Positions 29,564 through 40,721 of a stretch of DNA of 64,000 bases are shown here, piece after piece (position 1 is the stretch's first letter; the number at the start of each line of letters is the position of its first letter). The stretch spans positions 2,602-66,601 of the forward strand of contig QKHT01000075.1 in assembly GCA_003249935.1 (NCBI GenBank). Direction: 5' to 3'. Source of the stretch: Bacteroidota bacterium (lineage in GTDB: Bacteria; Bacteroidota; Bacteroidia; Bacteroidales; UBA5342). The notes under the pieces were generated by a model. It was given only the letters and a program-made list of their open reading frames with translations. It searched no databases and was not told where the DNA came from. The translations under genes and the position numbers were made by a program.

Positions 29564-30714
29564 TGGGAGGGAATCGTTTTTTTATCCTTGCCGGCGAAGC
29601 ATCGGGCGATTTGCATGGTGCACATCTTATTCGTGCATTAAAAAGCTTGTCGTCCAATGCTTCTTTTTCCGGTTTTGGTGGAGATAAAATGGCTGAAGCC
29701 GGTTTTGTGCCGATATTACATTGTAATGAGCTGGCATTTATGGGCTTTTTCGATGTAATCAGAAATCTTGGCAAGGTAAAAAAATATCTCGCGTTAGCTA
29801 AAAATAGCATCAAAAGCTTCAATCCCGATGTGGTAATTCTCATCGATTATCCGGGGTTCAACCTAAAAATTGCCAAATATGCACACGATAGCGGTTATAA
29901 AGTGGTTTATTTTATCCCTCCCAAAGTTTGGGCATCGCGTGCTAAAAGAGCGTTAAAAATTAAAGCCTCGTGCGATGCGGTGATTTCGATTTTGCCTTTC
30001 GAAATTGATTTTTTAGCGAAATATGGTATCAATGCATTTTATGCCGGAAATCCTTTGACTGAGGCTATCGCCGGTTTCAATAAGACACAAAATAAAAAAG
30101 AATTTTTAGCGGCCACAGCGTTGCAGGGTAAGCCAATTATCGCACTGCTTGCTGGTAGTCGAGTCGGCGAGGTAAAGCACATTTTACCGGTAATGGTAGA
30201 AGCGGCATCGGCCTATCCCGATTTTCAGTTTGTTGTGGCGGGCGTATCTTCTTTGGGCAGTGGTATTTACGAATCATATCTTAAAAACAGCAATGTTCGC
30301 GTTATTTACGATAATACGTATGCCTTGGTGAGTTGTGCCGAAGCTGCTTTAGTTGCCAGTGGTACAGCTACGTTGGAAACTGCCTTGCTGGGTACTCCTC
30401 AGGTGGTTTGTTATGCCCTATCGGGTGGAAGTTTTGTATATTATCTATTCAGAGCTTTTATGCGTGTAAATTATATTTCGTTGGTCAATCTCATATTGGA
30501 TAAACCGGTGGTCGAAGAACTTATTCAACAATACTATCACAAAGCGTCTGTTATTGCTGCACTTAATAAAATTTTATACGATAAAAAATATTGCGATGTT
30601 ATGCTCGGCAATTATAAAACGCTGCAATCGATTGTCGAAACTGAAGATATTCCGTCAAAAATGGCTGCGTCCGAAATCATGCGCATAATTAAACCGCAGA
30701 AAGAATCGTTGTAA
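29560..30714 (+). CDS. lpxB: Lipid-A-disaccharide synthase
   Basis: AGEASGDLHGA N-terminal motif, 384 aa, GT19 layout. Confidence 0.9.
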   Translation: MMGGNRFFILAGEASGDLHGAHLIRALKSLSSNASFSGFGGDKMAEAGFVPILHCNELAFMGFFDVIRNLGKVKKYLALAKNSIKSFNPDVVILIDYPGFNLKIAKYAHDSGYKVVYFIPPKVWASRAKRALKIKASCDAVISILPFEIDFLAKYGINAFYAGNPLTEAIAGFNKTQNKKEFLAATALQGKPIIALLAGSRVGEVKHILPVMVEAASAYPDFQFVVAGVSSLGSGIYESYLKNSNVRVIYDNTYALVSCAEAALVASGTATLETALLGTPQVVCYALSGGSFVYYLFRAFMRVNYISLVNLILDKPVVEELIQQYYHKASVIAALNKILYDKKYCDVMLGNYKTLQSIVETEDIPSKMAASEIMRIIKPQKESL

Positions 30715-30831
30715 TTAATAATTATCTTTGTGCAGCAAAAAAATAAATCGACTTTTTTTGCAATAGGATAAAATAATTCGGAGTTGAACTGTTGTTTACG
30801 GTATTAAATTGTAAAAAGAAATATTTTTTGA

Positions 30832-31545
30832 ATGAAAATAGCATTAATCGGTTACGGAAAAATGGGACAGGCAATTGGCGAAATTGCCAAATCGCGAGGG
30901 CACGAGATTGTTTCAATCATTGATATTGGCAACCCTGAAGATATTTATTCAGCGTCATTTAAGTCGGCCGACGTTGCCATAGAGTTTACTGTTCCTTCTC
31001 AGGCACTGAGTAATTATCGCAAATGTTTCGAAGTTGGTGTTCCTGTTGTTTCGGGTACCACCGGGTGGATAGAGCAGATTAATGAGGTAAAAAAAGCATG
31101 TGAGAATGGGTCCGGCTTTTTCTATGCTTCAAATTTTAGTCTTGGTGTCAATGTTTTTTTTCGGTTGAACCGCTATCTGGCCCAAATAATGGATAAATTT
31201 AGTGATTATAATGTGTCGGTGAGTGAGGTTCATCATACCCAAAAATTAGATGCTCCAAGTGGTACTGCCATTACTCTTGCTGAGGATATCCTTGCAAAAA
31301 TTTCGCGCAAAAACCGTTGGGTAAATGAACCTTCGGTGAATGATTCTGATTTATATATCGAATCGATTCGCGAAGGTGCTGTCCCTGGTATACACGATAT
31401 TAAATACGAAAGTGATGTGGACGAAATTGTGATTCATCATAGCGCGAAAAGCCGGCATGGTTTTGCACTTGGGGCTGTGATTGCAGCAGAATTTATGGCA
31501 AACAAAGCCGGGTTTTATGGAATGGACGATTTATTAAAACTATAA
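30832..31545 (+). CDS. dapB: 4-hydroxy-tetrahydrodipicolinate reductase
   Basis: GYGKMG NAD(P) motif and EVHHTQKLDAPSGTA catalytic motif. Confidence 0.9.
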   Translation: MKIALIGYGKMGQAIGEIAKSRGHEIVSIIDIGNPEDIYSASFKSADVAIEFTVPSQALSNYRKCFEVGVPVVSGTTGWIEQINEVKKACENGSGFFYASNFSLGVNVFFRLNRYLAQIMDKFSDYNVSVSEVHHTQKLDAPSGTAITLAEDILAKISRKNRWVNEPSVNDSDLYIESIREGAVPGIHDIKYESDVDEIVIHHSAKSRHGFALGAVIAAEFMANKAGFYGMDDLLKL

Positions 31546-31557
31546 CAAACGAAAATA

Positions 31558-32898
31558 ATGATTGATGATTCGAATAAAAAATGGTTAAAGTTTGCCATTT
31601 GGGCCGTACTCTATTCTCTTTGGGTTATGTGGACAGGCAACTTTTGGCTGATTCTTGGAATTGCTGTGATTTACGATATTTATATTTCAAGGTTTATACC
31701 ATGGGATTATTATAAACGAAAGCGGAATGGTAAAACGCCACCAAAATGGCTCGAATGGGTTGATGCCATTGTTTTTGCTTTAATTGCTGTGGGCTTTATT
31801 AATACCTACTTTTTTCAGAACTACAAAATTCCTACCCCCTCGCTGGAAAAAACCTTGTTGGTAGGCGACCATTTGTTTGTAAGTAAAGTATCTTATGGTC
31901 CCAGGAATCCGATTACGCCATTGTCATTCCCGCTTACACAAAGTACAATGCCAATTATAAATACCAAGTCGTATTTTGAATGGCCTCAGTGGAAATACAA
32001 ACGCTTAAAAGGATTTGGAAGTGTACAGCATGATGATATTGTTGTATTTAATTTCCCGGGTGGCGATACCGTGCCTGCTAAAGTTACAAATCCGGATTAC
32101 GAACAGCTTGTGAACGAAGTGGGCAGAGAAAAGATTTGGAATGATAAAAATACATTTGGTGAGGTAAGCTGGCGTCCGATAGATCGAAGAGACAATTATG
32201 TGAAACGTTGTGTGGGATTGCCGGGTGATTCGCTTAAAATTATTGATAATCAATTGTATGTAAATGGTGTGGCGCAAAAACATCATGTCGGTATTCAATT
32301 TAATTATGGTGTGAATACACAGGGGATGCAAATTAATGAACAGGTTTTTAAAGATTTGAATATCAGAAAGGAAGACAGGCATTATAATGGCGATATGTAT
32401 CTTATGCCTCTTACCGATGAAAAAGTGAATAAATTAAAGGCTTTGTCGATTGTAAAAGGTATATCACAGTACAATATACCTAAAGGCGAATGGGAATCTT
32501 CAATTTATCCGCGTGACCGGCGTTACCCATGGAATCAGTCGAATTTTGGACCAATATGGATTCCCAAGAAAGGGGCCACTGTTTCAATAAATATCGATAA
32601 TCTTCCACTGTTTCGGCGTATCATTCAAACGTACGAAAACAATACCCTTTTAGTTAAAGATAGCGCAATTTATATTAATGGGGCTTTAGCTACATCTTAT
32701 ACCTTTAAAATGGATTATTTCTTTATGATGGGCGATAACCGGCACAATTCGGCCGATTCGCGATACTGGGGTTTTGTGCCAGAAGATCATATTGTAGGTA
32801 AACCAATTCTGGTATGGCTTTCGCTCGATGAGGATGGTACATTCCCATTTAATATTAGATGGCGACGATTTTTTAAAATGGTGGATACCAACGAGTAA
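31558..32898 (+). CDS. lepB: Signal peptidase I (long Bacteroidota type)
   Basis: SLEKTLLVGDHLFVSK (Ser box) and GDNRHNSADSRYWGFVPEDHIVGKP (Lys and C-terminal boxes). Confidence 0.9.
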   Translation: MIDDSNKKWLKFAIWAVLYSLWVMWTGNFWLILGIAVIYDIYISRFIPWDYYKRKRNGKTPPKWLEWVDAIVFALIAVGFINTYFFQNYKIPTPSLEKTLLVGDHLFVSKVSYGPRNPITPLSFPLTQSTMPIINTKSYFEWPQWKYKRLKGFGSVQHDDIVVFNFPGGDTVPAKVTNPDYEQLVNEVGREKIWNDKNTFGEVSWRPIDRRDNYVKRCVGLPGDSLKIIDNQLYVNGVAQKHHVGIQFNYGVNTQGMQINEQVFKDLNIRKEDRHYNGDMYLMPLTDEKVNKLKALSIVKGISQYNIPKGEWESSIYPRDRRYPWNQSNFGPIWIPKKGATVSINIDNLPLFRRIIQTYENNTLLVKDSAIYINGALATSYTFKMDYFFMMGDNRHNSADSRYWGFVPEDHIVGKPILVWLSLDEDGTFPFNIRWRRFFKMVDTNE

Positions 32899-33380
32899 TG
32901 AGCAGTAATGACAATTACCGCAATATGATGGCGAAAGCGGCTGCTTATTGCAGCCGCAAAGAGACATGCGAATCGGAAATTGTTTCAAAGCTGAAAACAT
33001 GGGATATTAACGAAACCGTTATCCTTAACATATTAAACGAATTAAAAGCAAGCGGATATGTCGATAATAGTCGGTATATCCGCGCTTTTATTCATGACCG
33101 TTACCGTTTTAACCATTGGGGCAGAGTTAAAATTGCCTACGAACTTAAACAAAAAAAATTCGAAGATCATACTATTCGAAATGCACTCGACGATGTAATT
33201 GATGCCGGTGAATATCGTGCAATTTTAAAGGAACTTCTTCAACTTAAATACCGCAACTTAAAAACAAAACCACCATATCTTGCCAAACAAGCTTTGATTC
33301 GTTATGCCCTATCCAAAGGTTTTGAAACGGATCTATCCTTTGAAATTGCTGCTCGGATTGTGGTGGGCGACGATGATTGA
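32898..33380 (+). CDS. recX: RecX-family regulatory protein
   Basis: 160 aa with three-helix repeats and a typical N-terminus (AAAYCSRKETCESEI). TAATG overlap with lepB. Confidence 0.7.
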   Translation: MSSNDNYRNMMAKAAAYCSRKETCESEIVSKLKTWDINETVILNILNELKASGYVDNSRYIRAFIHDRYRFNHWGRVKIAYELKQKKFEDHTIRNALDDVIDAGEYRAILKELLQLKYRNLKTKPPYLAKQALIRYALSKGFETDLSFEIAARIVVGDDD

Positions 33381-33693
33381 TGCAGGCCTGAAAAGGGTCA
33401 TTTTACATGAATTAATCAAACTGAATATCACTAACCGGTTCAGTAATAAAACTTAACTAAATATTGTACCTGTTATAGTATTCAATAAAGGCTGTATGTG
33501 ATTGTTAATGTGTGATTAAAAAATGGCTACATTGGTGTTACTTATCTAAAACACATCTAAACAAACCGGTTCTATATACAGAAATACAATCCAATAATGT
33601 CAAATATGGAAAAAAGTGTATTTTTGTTCAACTAAAACAACAACGCAGTAATAAAATGTCGTGCATTCGACAAACTTACGTAATACGAAAATA

Positions 33694-34230
33694 ATGAAAA
33701 CAGTTAAAGTACACGATAAGACATTTAAAACATTTATCCTGCACGAAGAGGTTGTGGCTCAGGTACGTCGTATTGCCGAACAGTTGAACGAGGATTTAAA
33801 GGATACCAAACCGGTATTTGTATGTATTTTAAATGGTTCATTCATGTTTGCAGCCGATCTGTTAAAACATATCGAATTGCCTTGCGAAGTGAGTTTTGTG
33901 AAAATGGCTTCGTACCATGGCACCAATTCGGGCGATGTGAAAGAGCTGATTGGATTTAACGAGAGCCTGAAAAACCGTCATGTGGTGGTTATTGAGGATA
34001 TTGTAGATACAGGAAAAACGCTTCAGACCATTGTAGAAAAACTAACTGAATTGGGCGTAGCCTCGTTGAAAGTAGCTGCTCTGTTACTTAAGCCCGGAGT
34101 GTACAAAAAAGAGTATAAAGTTGACTATGTTGGGCTCGAAATTCCCAATGATTTTATAGTTGGTTATGGATTAGATTACGATGGATTGGGTCGTAATCTT
34201 CGCGATATATATGTTTATACTGAAGAATAA
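33694..34230 (+). CDS. hpt: Hypoxanthine phosphoribosyltransferase
   Basis: PRPP-binding motif VVVIEDIVDTGKT and GYGLDY. The start is set at the ATG at 33694 (MKTVKVHDKTF). Confidence 0.9.
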   Translation: MKTVKVHDKTFKTFILHEEVVAQVRRIAEQLNEDLKDTKPVFVCILNGSFMFAADLLKHIELPCEVSFVKMASYHGTNSGDVKELIGFNESLKNRHVVVIEDIVDTGKTLQTIVEKLTELGVASLKVAALLLKPGVYKKEYKVDYVGLEIPNDFIVGYGLDYDGLGRNLRDIYVYTEE

Positions 34231-34235
34231 GGATT

Positions 34236-34808
34236 ATGTTGAATTTGGTGATTTTCGGTCCTCCCGGGGCTGGTAAGGGAACGCAAAGTGCGAAATTAGT
34301 TGAAAAATATGGTTTGGTTCATATTTCTACCGGCGATGTTTTGCGAAGTGAAATGGAAAAGGGAACACCCAATGGTATTTTGGCTAAGGGGTTCATAAAC
34401 AACGGTAAATTGGTTCCCGACGAGCTAATTATTGGCATGCTCGAAGATAAACTCAAAAATCTGAAAGATGCTTCCGGCGTTATTTTCGATGGTTTTCCCC
34501 GTACCACGTTTCAGGCACAAGCACTTAAAGCAATGCTTGAAAAACTCAACACCGGCATTACGGTAATGTTGAGCATAACGGTTTCCGACGATGAACTGAT
34601 TCAACGGTTATTACACCGGGGCGCACAATGCGGACGTAGCGACGACAATCTCGAAACCATAAACAAGCGTATTGTTGTTTATAAAACCCAAACTGCACCT
34701 GTTTTCGATTTCTACGAGAAAGAGGGCATTGCTGTTTCGGTGGATGGATCGCGCGAAATTGACATTGTATTTGCCGATTTATGTAACGCTGTCGATAGCA
34801 AATTGTAA
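34236..34808 (+). CDS. adk: Adenylate kinase (short type)
   Basis: GPPGAGKGTQ P-loop, 190 aa. Confidence 0.95.
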   Translation: MLNLVIFGPPGAGKGTQSAKLVEKYGLVHISTGDVLRSEMEKGTPNGILAKGFINNGKLVPDELIIGMLEDKLKNLKDASGVIFDGFPRTTFQAQALKAMLEKLNTGITVMLSITVSDDELIQRLLHRGAQCGRSDDNLETINKRIVVYKTQTAPVFDFYEKEGIAVSVDGSREIDIVFADLCNAVDSKL

Positions 34809-34828
34809 AAGATAAAATATTTAATTTT

Positions 34829-34876
34829 GAAAACCGGAAAACTGTAAAATCATACATTTTCCGGTTTTTATTTTGG
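34829..34876 (+). terminator. Rho-independent terminator after adk
   Basis: GAAAACCGGAAAA pairs with TTTTCCGGTTTTT, and a T-run follows. Confidence 0.75.
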
Positions 34877-35016
34877 CACAAAATAAAACCAATTGTGTAA
34901 ATTATCAATTTTGGTTGAACCTTAATCTTACCCACCGTTTTTAATCCTTGGCTTTTTATTGTAATTTTGCAGCCTGTCGGAACATAATTTCCCTCAGTTG
35001 AATTAATATTTATCAG

Positions 35017-36030
35017 ATGTCTGAATCGAATTTCGTCGATTATGTCAAAATATTTTGCCGTTCGGGTAAAGGTGGCCCCGGATCGCGGCATTTACGTCGT
35101 GAAAAATTTGTTTTAAAAGGTGGTCCCGACGGTGGCGATGGTGGACGTGGTGGTCATGTTATTTTACGAGGTAACAGTCAGTACTGGACACTAATCCATT
35201 TGAAATATGCCCGTCACGTCTATGCGTTGGATGGTGGAGGTGGTAGTCGGAGCCGTAGTACCGGTGCCGATGGCGATGATGTATATATTGATGTACCTCT
35301 TGGTACTGTGGCCATTGATGCCGAAACCAGAGAAGTAATTTGCGAAGTGCTTGAGGATGGACAGGAGGTAATTGTTGTACAGGGCGGCCGTGGTGGTCTT
35401 GGAAACTGGCATTTCAGGTCGTCCACTTTTCAAACACCAAGGTTTGCACAGCCGGGCGAACCCCGTATTGAACGAACCGTAGTGCTCGAACTGAAAGTTC
35501 TTGCGGATGTTGGTCTTGTGGGATTTCCTTCGGCCGGCAAATCGACCTTGCTTTCGGTGGTCTCTGCTGCAACACCAAAAATTGGCGATTATCCATTCAC
35601 CACACTCACCCCAAATCTTGGCATCGTATCATACCGCGATCTGAAATCGTTTGTTATGGCGGATATTCCCGGAATTATTGAGGGTGCACACGAAGGTAAA
35701 GGGTTAGGATTACGATTTTTACGACATATCGAACGTAACTCCATTCTCTTGTTTATGGTGGCTGCCGACAGTAACGATATTAAGGCCGAATACGAAATAT
35801 TACTGAACGAACTCCGTGAGTTTAACCCCGAATTATTAGATAAACGCCGTATTTTGGCAATCAGTAAATGCGATTTAGTCGATCAGGAGTTAATGGACGA
35901 AATGGCTCAGGATTTACCGGATGTTCCCCATCTGTTCATCTCTTCCCTTGCAAACATCAATTTGCTTAAACTGAAAGACATGATTTGGGCTGCTATTAAT
36001 GATACAGAAGAGAAAAACGACGAATTTTAG
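35017..36030 (+). CDS. obg: GTPase Obg/CgtA
   Basis: Gly-rich Obg fold ([18 protein letters not shown]) and G-domain motifs ([17 protein letters not shown]). Confidence 0.95.
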   Translation: MSESNFVDYVKIFCRSGKGGPGSRHLRREKFVLKGGPDGGDGGRGGHVILRGNSQYWTLIHLKYARHVYALDGGGGSRSRSTGADGDDVYIDVPLGTVAIDAETREVICEVLEDGQEVIVVQGGRGGLGNWHFRSSTFQTPRFAQPGEPRIERTVVLELKVLADVGLVGFPSAGKSTLLSVVSAATPKIGDYPFTTLTPNLGIVSYRDLKSFVMADIPGIIEGAHEGKGLGLRFLRHIERNSILLFMVAADSNDIKAEYEILLNELREFNPELLDKRRILAISKCDLVDQELMDEMAQDLPDVPHLFISSLANINLLKLKDMIWAAINDTEEKNDEF

Positions 36031-36036
36031 TATCAG

Positions 36037-37287
36037 TTGCTCATGCATCCCGGATTATTAATTGCCCGAAGGGTTCATTTTAAAGAAAAAGACGGGAAAA
36101 ACATTTCGCGTCCCGCCATTCGTATTGCAACGGCTGGTGTGGCTTTGGGTATAGCGGTAATGATTATTTCGGTGGCTGTTGTTACCGGATTCAGGAACGA
36201 AATTGTTTCGAAAGTAACCGGTTTCGGTTCGCATATTCGAATTTCTAACCTCGACAGCAACAAAAGTTACGAGTCGGCACCTATCAGTGTGGACAGTGGT
36301 TTTATTAACGCTATTGAGCGGATGCCCGAAATTAACCATGTGCAAAAGTTTGCGACTAAGCCGGGTATTATTAAAACCGGCGATGCCGTTAATGGTGTAG
36401 TTCTAAAAGGGATTGGCCGCGATTTTGATCGTGACTTTTTATCTAAAGTACTTATCGAAGGCAAATTGTTTAATCCCGGTGACACTATTGCAAACGATTC
36501 GGTACTTATTTCGTCTAATATTGCAAGACTCATGTCGTTGAAAACCGGAGATAAATTTGTTACCTATTTTTTCCAAAATAAAATAAGGGTTCGAAAATTT
36601 ACGGTATCCGGTATTTTTCGTACAAATTTTCAGGAGTTCGACGATTTGTTTGTGGTAACGGATATTCTGCACGTACAAAAGTTGAATGGTTGGGATTCGA
36701 GTCAAATATCGGGATTGGAAATGACCGTCAAGGATTTCGATAAACTCGACAATACGGCTTATGAAGTGTATCTGCGTGCTGCAAACCATTTCGACCAGAA
36801 CGGTTCCTCGCTAATGAGCAAGTCTATTAAAGAACTTTACCCCGATATTTTTGGCTGGTTGAGCCTGATTGATACAAATGTTTGGATCATTCTGATACTG
36901 ATGATTATTGTCTCAGCGTTTAATATGACCTCCGGTGTGTTGATTCTTATACTCGAAAAGGCTCAGTTTATTGGTATCATGAAAGCCATCGGATCACGCA
37001 ATAAGCTTATTCGTACTGTATTTGTGGTGCAGAGTATATTTATAACTTCGCGTGGGCTGTTTTGGGGTAATCTTATTGGGCTTGGATTTTGTTTGATGCA
37101 GTATTTCTGGCATTTAATTCCCCTCGATCCCGTAAACTATTACGTGAGTTATGTTCCTGTAAACATTAGTATTTGGCATATACTTGTGCTAAATGTTGGT
37201 ACTTTATCTGTCATAACATTGATGATGGTGCTTCCTTCGTTACTTATTTCGGCCATTTCGCCTGCAAAAGCCATTAAATTCGAATAG
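36037..37287 (+). CDS. FtsX/LolE-like ABC transporter permease
   Basis: 416 aa with an N-terminal TM helix, a large periplasmic MacB-like domain and three C-terminal TM helices. The start could be the TTG at 36037 or the ATG at 36043. Confidence 0.8.
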   Translation: MLMHPGLLIARRVHFKEKDGKNISRPAIRIATAGVALGIAVMIISVAVVTGFRNEIVSKVTGFGSHIRISNLDSNKSYESAPISVDSGFINAIERMPEINHVQKFATKPGIIKTGDAVNGVVLKGIGRDFDRDFLSKVLIEGKLFNPGDTIANDSVLISSNIARLMSLKTGDKFVTYFFQNKIRVRKFTVSGIFRTNFQEFDDLFVVTDILHVQKLNGWDSSQISGLEMTVKDFDKLDNTAYEVYLRAANHFDQNGSSLMSKSIKELYPDIFGWLSLIDTNVWIILILMIIVSAFNMTSGVLILILEKAQFIGIMKAIGSRNKLIRTVFVVQSIFITSRGLFWGNLIGLGFCLMQYFWHLIPLDPVNYYVSYVPVNISIWHILVLNVGTLSVITLMMVLPSLLISAISPAKAIKFE

Positions 37288-37291
37288 TACA

Positions 37292-37912
37292 ATGTTTAAT
37301 CGTTTTTTGCAACATTTACGGTTGAACCTTGATAAACCCCTGTTGGGTCCGTCTGCATGGGCTGCAATGATGCCATCGTCGCGCGTAAATATGCAGGACA
37401 ATATTGCGCCTGATGCAAAAAAAGCTGCGGTCATGTTATTGCTTTATCCGGTAGATGATAATCCATATATCGTTTTTACCCGAAGACACGAATACGACGG
37501 ACCCCACAGTGGTCAGGTGAGTTTTCCCGGTGGTAAAGCAGAGTTCGGCGAATCAATGTGGGATGCTGCACTTCGCGAAACTTACGAGGAGATAGGGGTT
37601 CAGCCCAACAAAATGAACTTTATTGGCGAGTTAACGCCCATTTATATCCCGTTTAGCAACTATCTGGTTTATCCTATGGTTGGAACCACAAACGAAAAAC
37701 CCGAATTTGTTGCACAGGTTTCGGAAGTTGCCGGGATAATTGAAACGCCAATCGATTGTTTTTTTAGGTATGATGTGGTAAAAACATTCGATATTTATCG
37801 AAATAACACCACTATAACAGCACCTTATTATAGTATTGATTCTCACAAAATATGGGGTGCTACGGCTATGATTATGGCCGAATTTTTGACATTGGTGCCC
37901 CATAATGGATGA
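37292..37912 (+). CDS. NUDIX hydrolase (CoA pyrophosphatase-like)
   Basis: Nudix box GGKAEFGESMWDAALRETYEEIGV. Confidence 0.85.
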   Translation: MFNRFLQHLRLNLDKPLLGPSAWAAMMPSSRVNMQDNIAPDAKKAAVMLLLYPVDDNPYIVFTRRHEYDGPHSGQVSFPGGKAEFGESMWDAALRETYEEIGVQPNKMNFIGELTPIYIPFSNYLVYPMVGTTNEKPEFVAQVSEVAGIIETPIDCFFRYDVVKTFDIYRNNTTITAPYYSIDSHKIWGATAMIMAEFLTLVPHNG

Positions 37913-38064
37913 ATGGAACCGGTTTGGCGTAATTTTTAATCTAAAAATAATGTTTGTAGTGTTGAAATTTACTAATCTCTTTCTGAGTATTGCAATATAT
38001 TGTATATCTGTTATTTTGTAATATTTTTACACGGCAAAAATGTTTTAAAGGAGAGTAAATAATT

Positions 38065-38709
38065 ATGAAAGTTTCGCAATTTTTTCAGTTTTTAGTACCC
38101 AAAGACACCAAATTTTTTCCTGTTTTTATTGAGTCGGCCGATAATCTGGTTATGGCTGCTAATGCAATTGATGATCTAATCAGGAGTTATCCTGAGAATC
38201 TTGAAACTCAAGTTGTACGGATAAAAGAGATTGAACATTCGGCTGATGCTGTAACACACCGCATTTTCGATTTCTTAAATACCACATTTATAACGCCTTT
38301 TGATCGCGAAGATATTATTACTTTGGCCAAAGAAATGGACGATGTTGTAGATTACATCAATGCTGCGGCACAAAAGATTCAACTTTATAAACCCAAAAGC
38401 GGCCTGAGCCAGTATGGACCGTTTTGCGAAATGATAAAAGAGTGTGTTAATGAGATTCGCGCGGCCGTAATTGAATTACCTTCGATTAAAAATCCCAAAA
38501 CACTTGAACGGATCTGTATTCGCATCAACGAAATAGAAAATCATACCGATGTATTATTCGATAAAACCATATCTAAATTGTTCGAAACAGAAACAGATGC
38601 GGTCGAACTTATTAAACATAAGGAAATTACACAAACACTCGAAAAAGTAACTGATAGTGCTGAACGTGTGGCCGATGCTATTAAACGTATTATTGTAAAA
38701 GTTGCCTAA
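38065..38709 (+). CDS. DUF47 (PhoU-like) phosphate-transport accessory protein
   Basis: 214 aa helical protein immediately upstream of a PiT transporter, which is the classic pairing. Confidence 0.85.
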   Translation: MKVSQFFQFLVPKDTKFFPVFIESADNLVMAANAIDDLIRSYPENLETQVVRIKEIEHSADAVTHRIFDFLNTTFITPFDREDIITLAKEMDDVVDYINAAAQKIQLYKPKSGLSQYGPFCEMIKECVNEIRAAVIELPSIKNPKTLERICIRINEIENHTDVLFDKTISKLFETETDAVELIKHKEITQTLEKVTDSAERVADAIKRIIVKVA

Positions 38710-38716
38710 TCCCGGT

Positions 38717-39715
38717 ATGAGTACACTTTTAATATTAATCGTTATCATCGCATTGGTTTTCGATTTTTTAAATGGGATGAACGATGCCGCAAATTCCATT
38801 GCAACCATTGTTTCCACTAAAGTGCTTTCGCCTACCGCAGCTGTGATGTGGGCGGCTTTGTTTAATTTTGCCGCTGTTTTTGTATTTGGCGTGCCGGTAG
38901 CTAAAACCATAACCAAAGGGATTATTAATCCCGACATCATGACGCTCGATTTGCTGTTTTGTGCATTGGTAAGTGCAGTACTCTGGGTTTGGTCATGTAC
39001 AAAAATGGGCTTACCTATCAGTGTGTCGCATGCACTCATCGGGGGCTTAATTGGTCCTGCCTTGGTCGCGGCCGGTCCTTCGTCGCTGGTTTCTGCCGGC
39101 ATTATGAAAGTAACCATTTTTATTGTTGTGTCGCCTTTGGTTGGCATGGTTCTCTCGTACTTTATTATGATTCTGGTGATGCTGATATTTAAAAGGTCGC
39201 GACCTGCCAGGGTCGATAAAGGCTTTAGAGTAATGCAGCTCTTTTCATCTGCCGTATTTAGTCTTGGTCACGGTAGCAACGATGCCCAGAAAACAATGGG
39301 CATCATTACAGGTGCACTTATTGCCGGCAATGTTATCGATAAAACCGACGGAATTCCATTTTGGGTTATTGGAGCTGCGTATACAGCCATTGCACTTGGA
39401 ACGCTTACCGGTGGTCGCAATGTTATCCGTACGTTAGGCCAAAACCTTACCGATTTGAAACCGGTTCAGGGGTTTTGTGCCGAATCTGCCGGTGCTGTTT
39501 CGGTCATCATGTCGAGTATGTTTGGTATACCCGTTAGTACTACGCACACCATTACCGGATCTATTGTTGGGGTTGGTTTAACCCGTAGAGTTTCTGCAAT
39601 ACGCTGGCAGGTGGCCGGAAAAATTGTTTGGGCCTGGGTACTTACTATTCCTTCAACCATTGCCGTAAGTGCAATTTTTTACTGGGTTTACATGTTTGTG
39701 AAAAGTTTTTTGTGA
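38717..39715 (+). CDS. pit: Inorganic phosphate transporter, PiT family
   Basis: GMNDAANSIAT and GSNDAQKTMG signature repeats. The start is set at the ATG at 38717. Confidence 0.9.
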   Translation: MSTLLILIVIIALVFDFLNGMNDAANSIATIVSTKVLSPTAAVMWAALFNFAAVFVFGVPVAKTITKGIINPDIMTLDLLFCALVSAVLWVWSCTKMGLPISVSHALIGGLIGPALVAAGPSSLVSAGIMKVTIFIVVSPLVGMVLSYFIMILVMLIFKRSRPARVDKGFRVMQLFSSAVFSLGHGSNDAQKTMGIITGALIAGNVIDKTDGIPFWVIGAAYTAIALGTLTGGRNVIRTLGQNLTDLKPVQGFCAESAGAVSVIMSSMFGIPVSTTHTITGSIVGVGLTRRVSAIRWQVAGKIVWAWVLTIPSTIAVSAIFYWVYMFVKSFL

Positions 39716-39867
39716 AAAATAGTTGTATTTTTGAATCAAATTAATATATTAGAGTTGAAATTAATTGATATGGGAATAAACAAATGCAAAGGATGCTTGT
39801 TATTTCAATGTATAAATTAATCAATACAGAAAATAGGTAATTAATAACACATTATTTTTAAATTAAG

Positions 39868-40551
39868 ATGAAAAAGAGTACAAACATTGTAATGGCGGGA
39901 ATGTTATCATTCGCTTTGCTTTTTTCAGGATGTAAGTCAATGAGCGATACGCTGAAAGGTGGTATGATTGGTACTGCGGGTGGTGCTTTAATTGGTGCTG
40001 GTATTGGTAAGTTGGCCGGCAATACCGCTGCCGGAGCCATAGCTGGTGCGGCTGTTGGTGGTACAACCGGTGCTTTAATAGGCCGTCACATGGACAAACA
40101 GGCTGCCGAGTTGAAAACCGATTTGAACGGGGCTAATGTCGAACGTGTTGGCGAAGGTATTAAAATCACTTTCGATTCCGGTATCTTATTTACCAAAGGT
40201 TCGAGCGAATTGAGTGCCGCATCGAAAGCGAATCTCGATAAAATGGCCGAAACGTTGAATAAATATGCCGATACCAAAATTATTGTTGCAGGTCATACCG
40301 ACGACACCGGTAGCGATGCTTTTAACCAGACATTGTCTGAAAAACGTGCTGCAGCGGTGGTTTCATATCTCGCAGGTAAAAACGTAGCGGCAGATCGTTT
40401 AACCGGCGAAGGTTTTGGCGAATCTCAACCGGTAGTTGCTAACGACAGTGATGAAAATCGTGCGAAAAACCGTAGGGTAGAAGTGGCTATTTTTGCAAAC
40501 GAAAAAATGGTAAAAGCTGCCGAAAAAGGCACTTTAGGCGAAGTGAAGTAA
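39868..40551 (+). CDS. OmpA-family lipoprotein with a glycine-zipper region
   Basis: Lipobox (LFSGC), a Gly-zipper (GGALIGAGIGKLAG...) and an OmpA_C domain (GHTDDTGSDAFNQTLSEKRA, NRRVEV). Confidence 0.9.
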   Translation: MKKSTNIVMAGMLSFALLFSGCKSMSDTLKGGMIGTAGGALIGAGIGKLAGNTAAGAIAGAAVGGTTGALIGRHMDKQAAELKTDLNGANVERVGEGIKITFDSGILFTKGSSELSAASKANLDKMAETLNKYADTKIIVAGHTDDTGSDAFNQTLSEKRAAAVVSYLAGKNVAADRLTGEGFGESQPVVANDSDENRAKNRRVEVAIFANEKMVKAAEKGTLGEVK

Positions 40552-40571
40552 TGCTCGCGAAGAATATTAAT

Positions 40572-40612
40572 AAAAAGCTGCTTTGGGAAACCGGAGCAGC
40601 TTTTTTTGTTTT
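40572..40612. terminator. Rho-independent (probably bidirectional) terminator
   Basis: AAAAAGCTGCT pairs with AGCAGCTTTTT and is followed by a T-run. An A-run lies on the other side. Confidence 0.75.
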
Positions 40613-40721
40613 TATATAATGTACGTTGATATGTTCGGGTACGCAGTTGTCATTTTGATGCAGGGAATACACAATTACCGGTTGCGAGCAAAGTTTGCAC
40701 CTGTTTTCTACGCTGTTTTTT

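Noticed and set aside
33381-33693. A 313-bp intergenic region and the 60-aa ORF at 33512-33694, examined for a riboswitch, ncRNA or small gene
   Set aside because: I could recognise no conserved structure, terminator or motif. The ORF is Lys/Gln-rich with no features.
34558-35091. 177-aa minus-strand ORF spanning the adk end, the terminator and the obg start
   Set aside because: It crosses a terminator hairpin and overlaps two confidently identified genes. It has no recognisable motif.
38554-39147. 197-aa ORF antisense to the DUF47 and PiT genes
   Set aside because: It lies opposite two genes with strong family signatures. It has a low-complexity Thr/Ala composition, typical of a shadow ORF.
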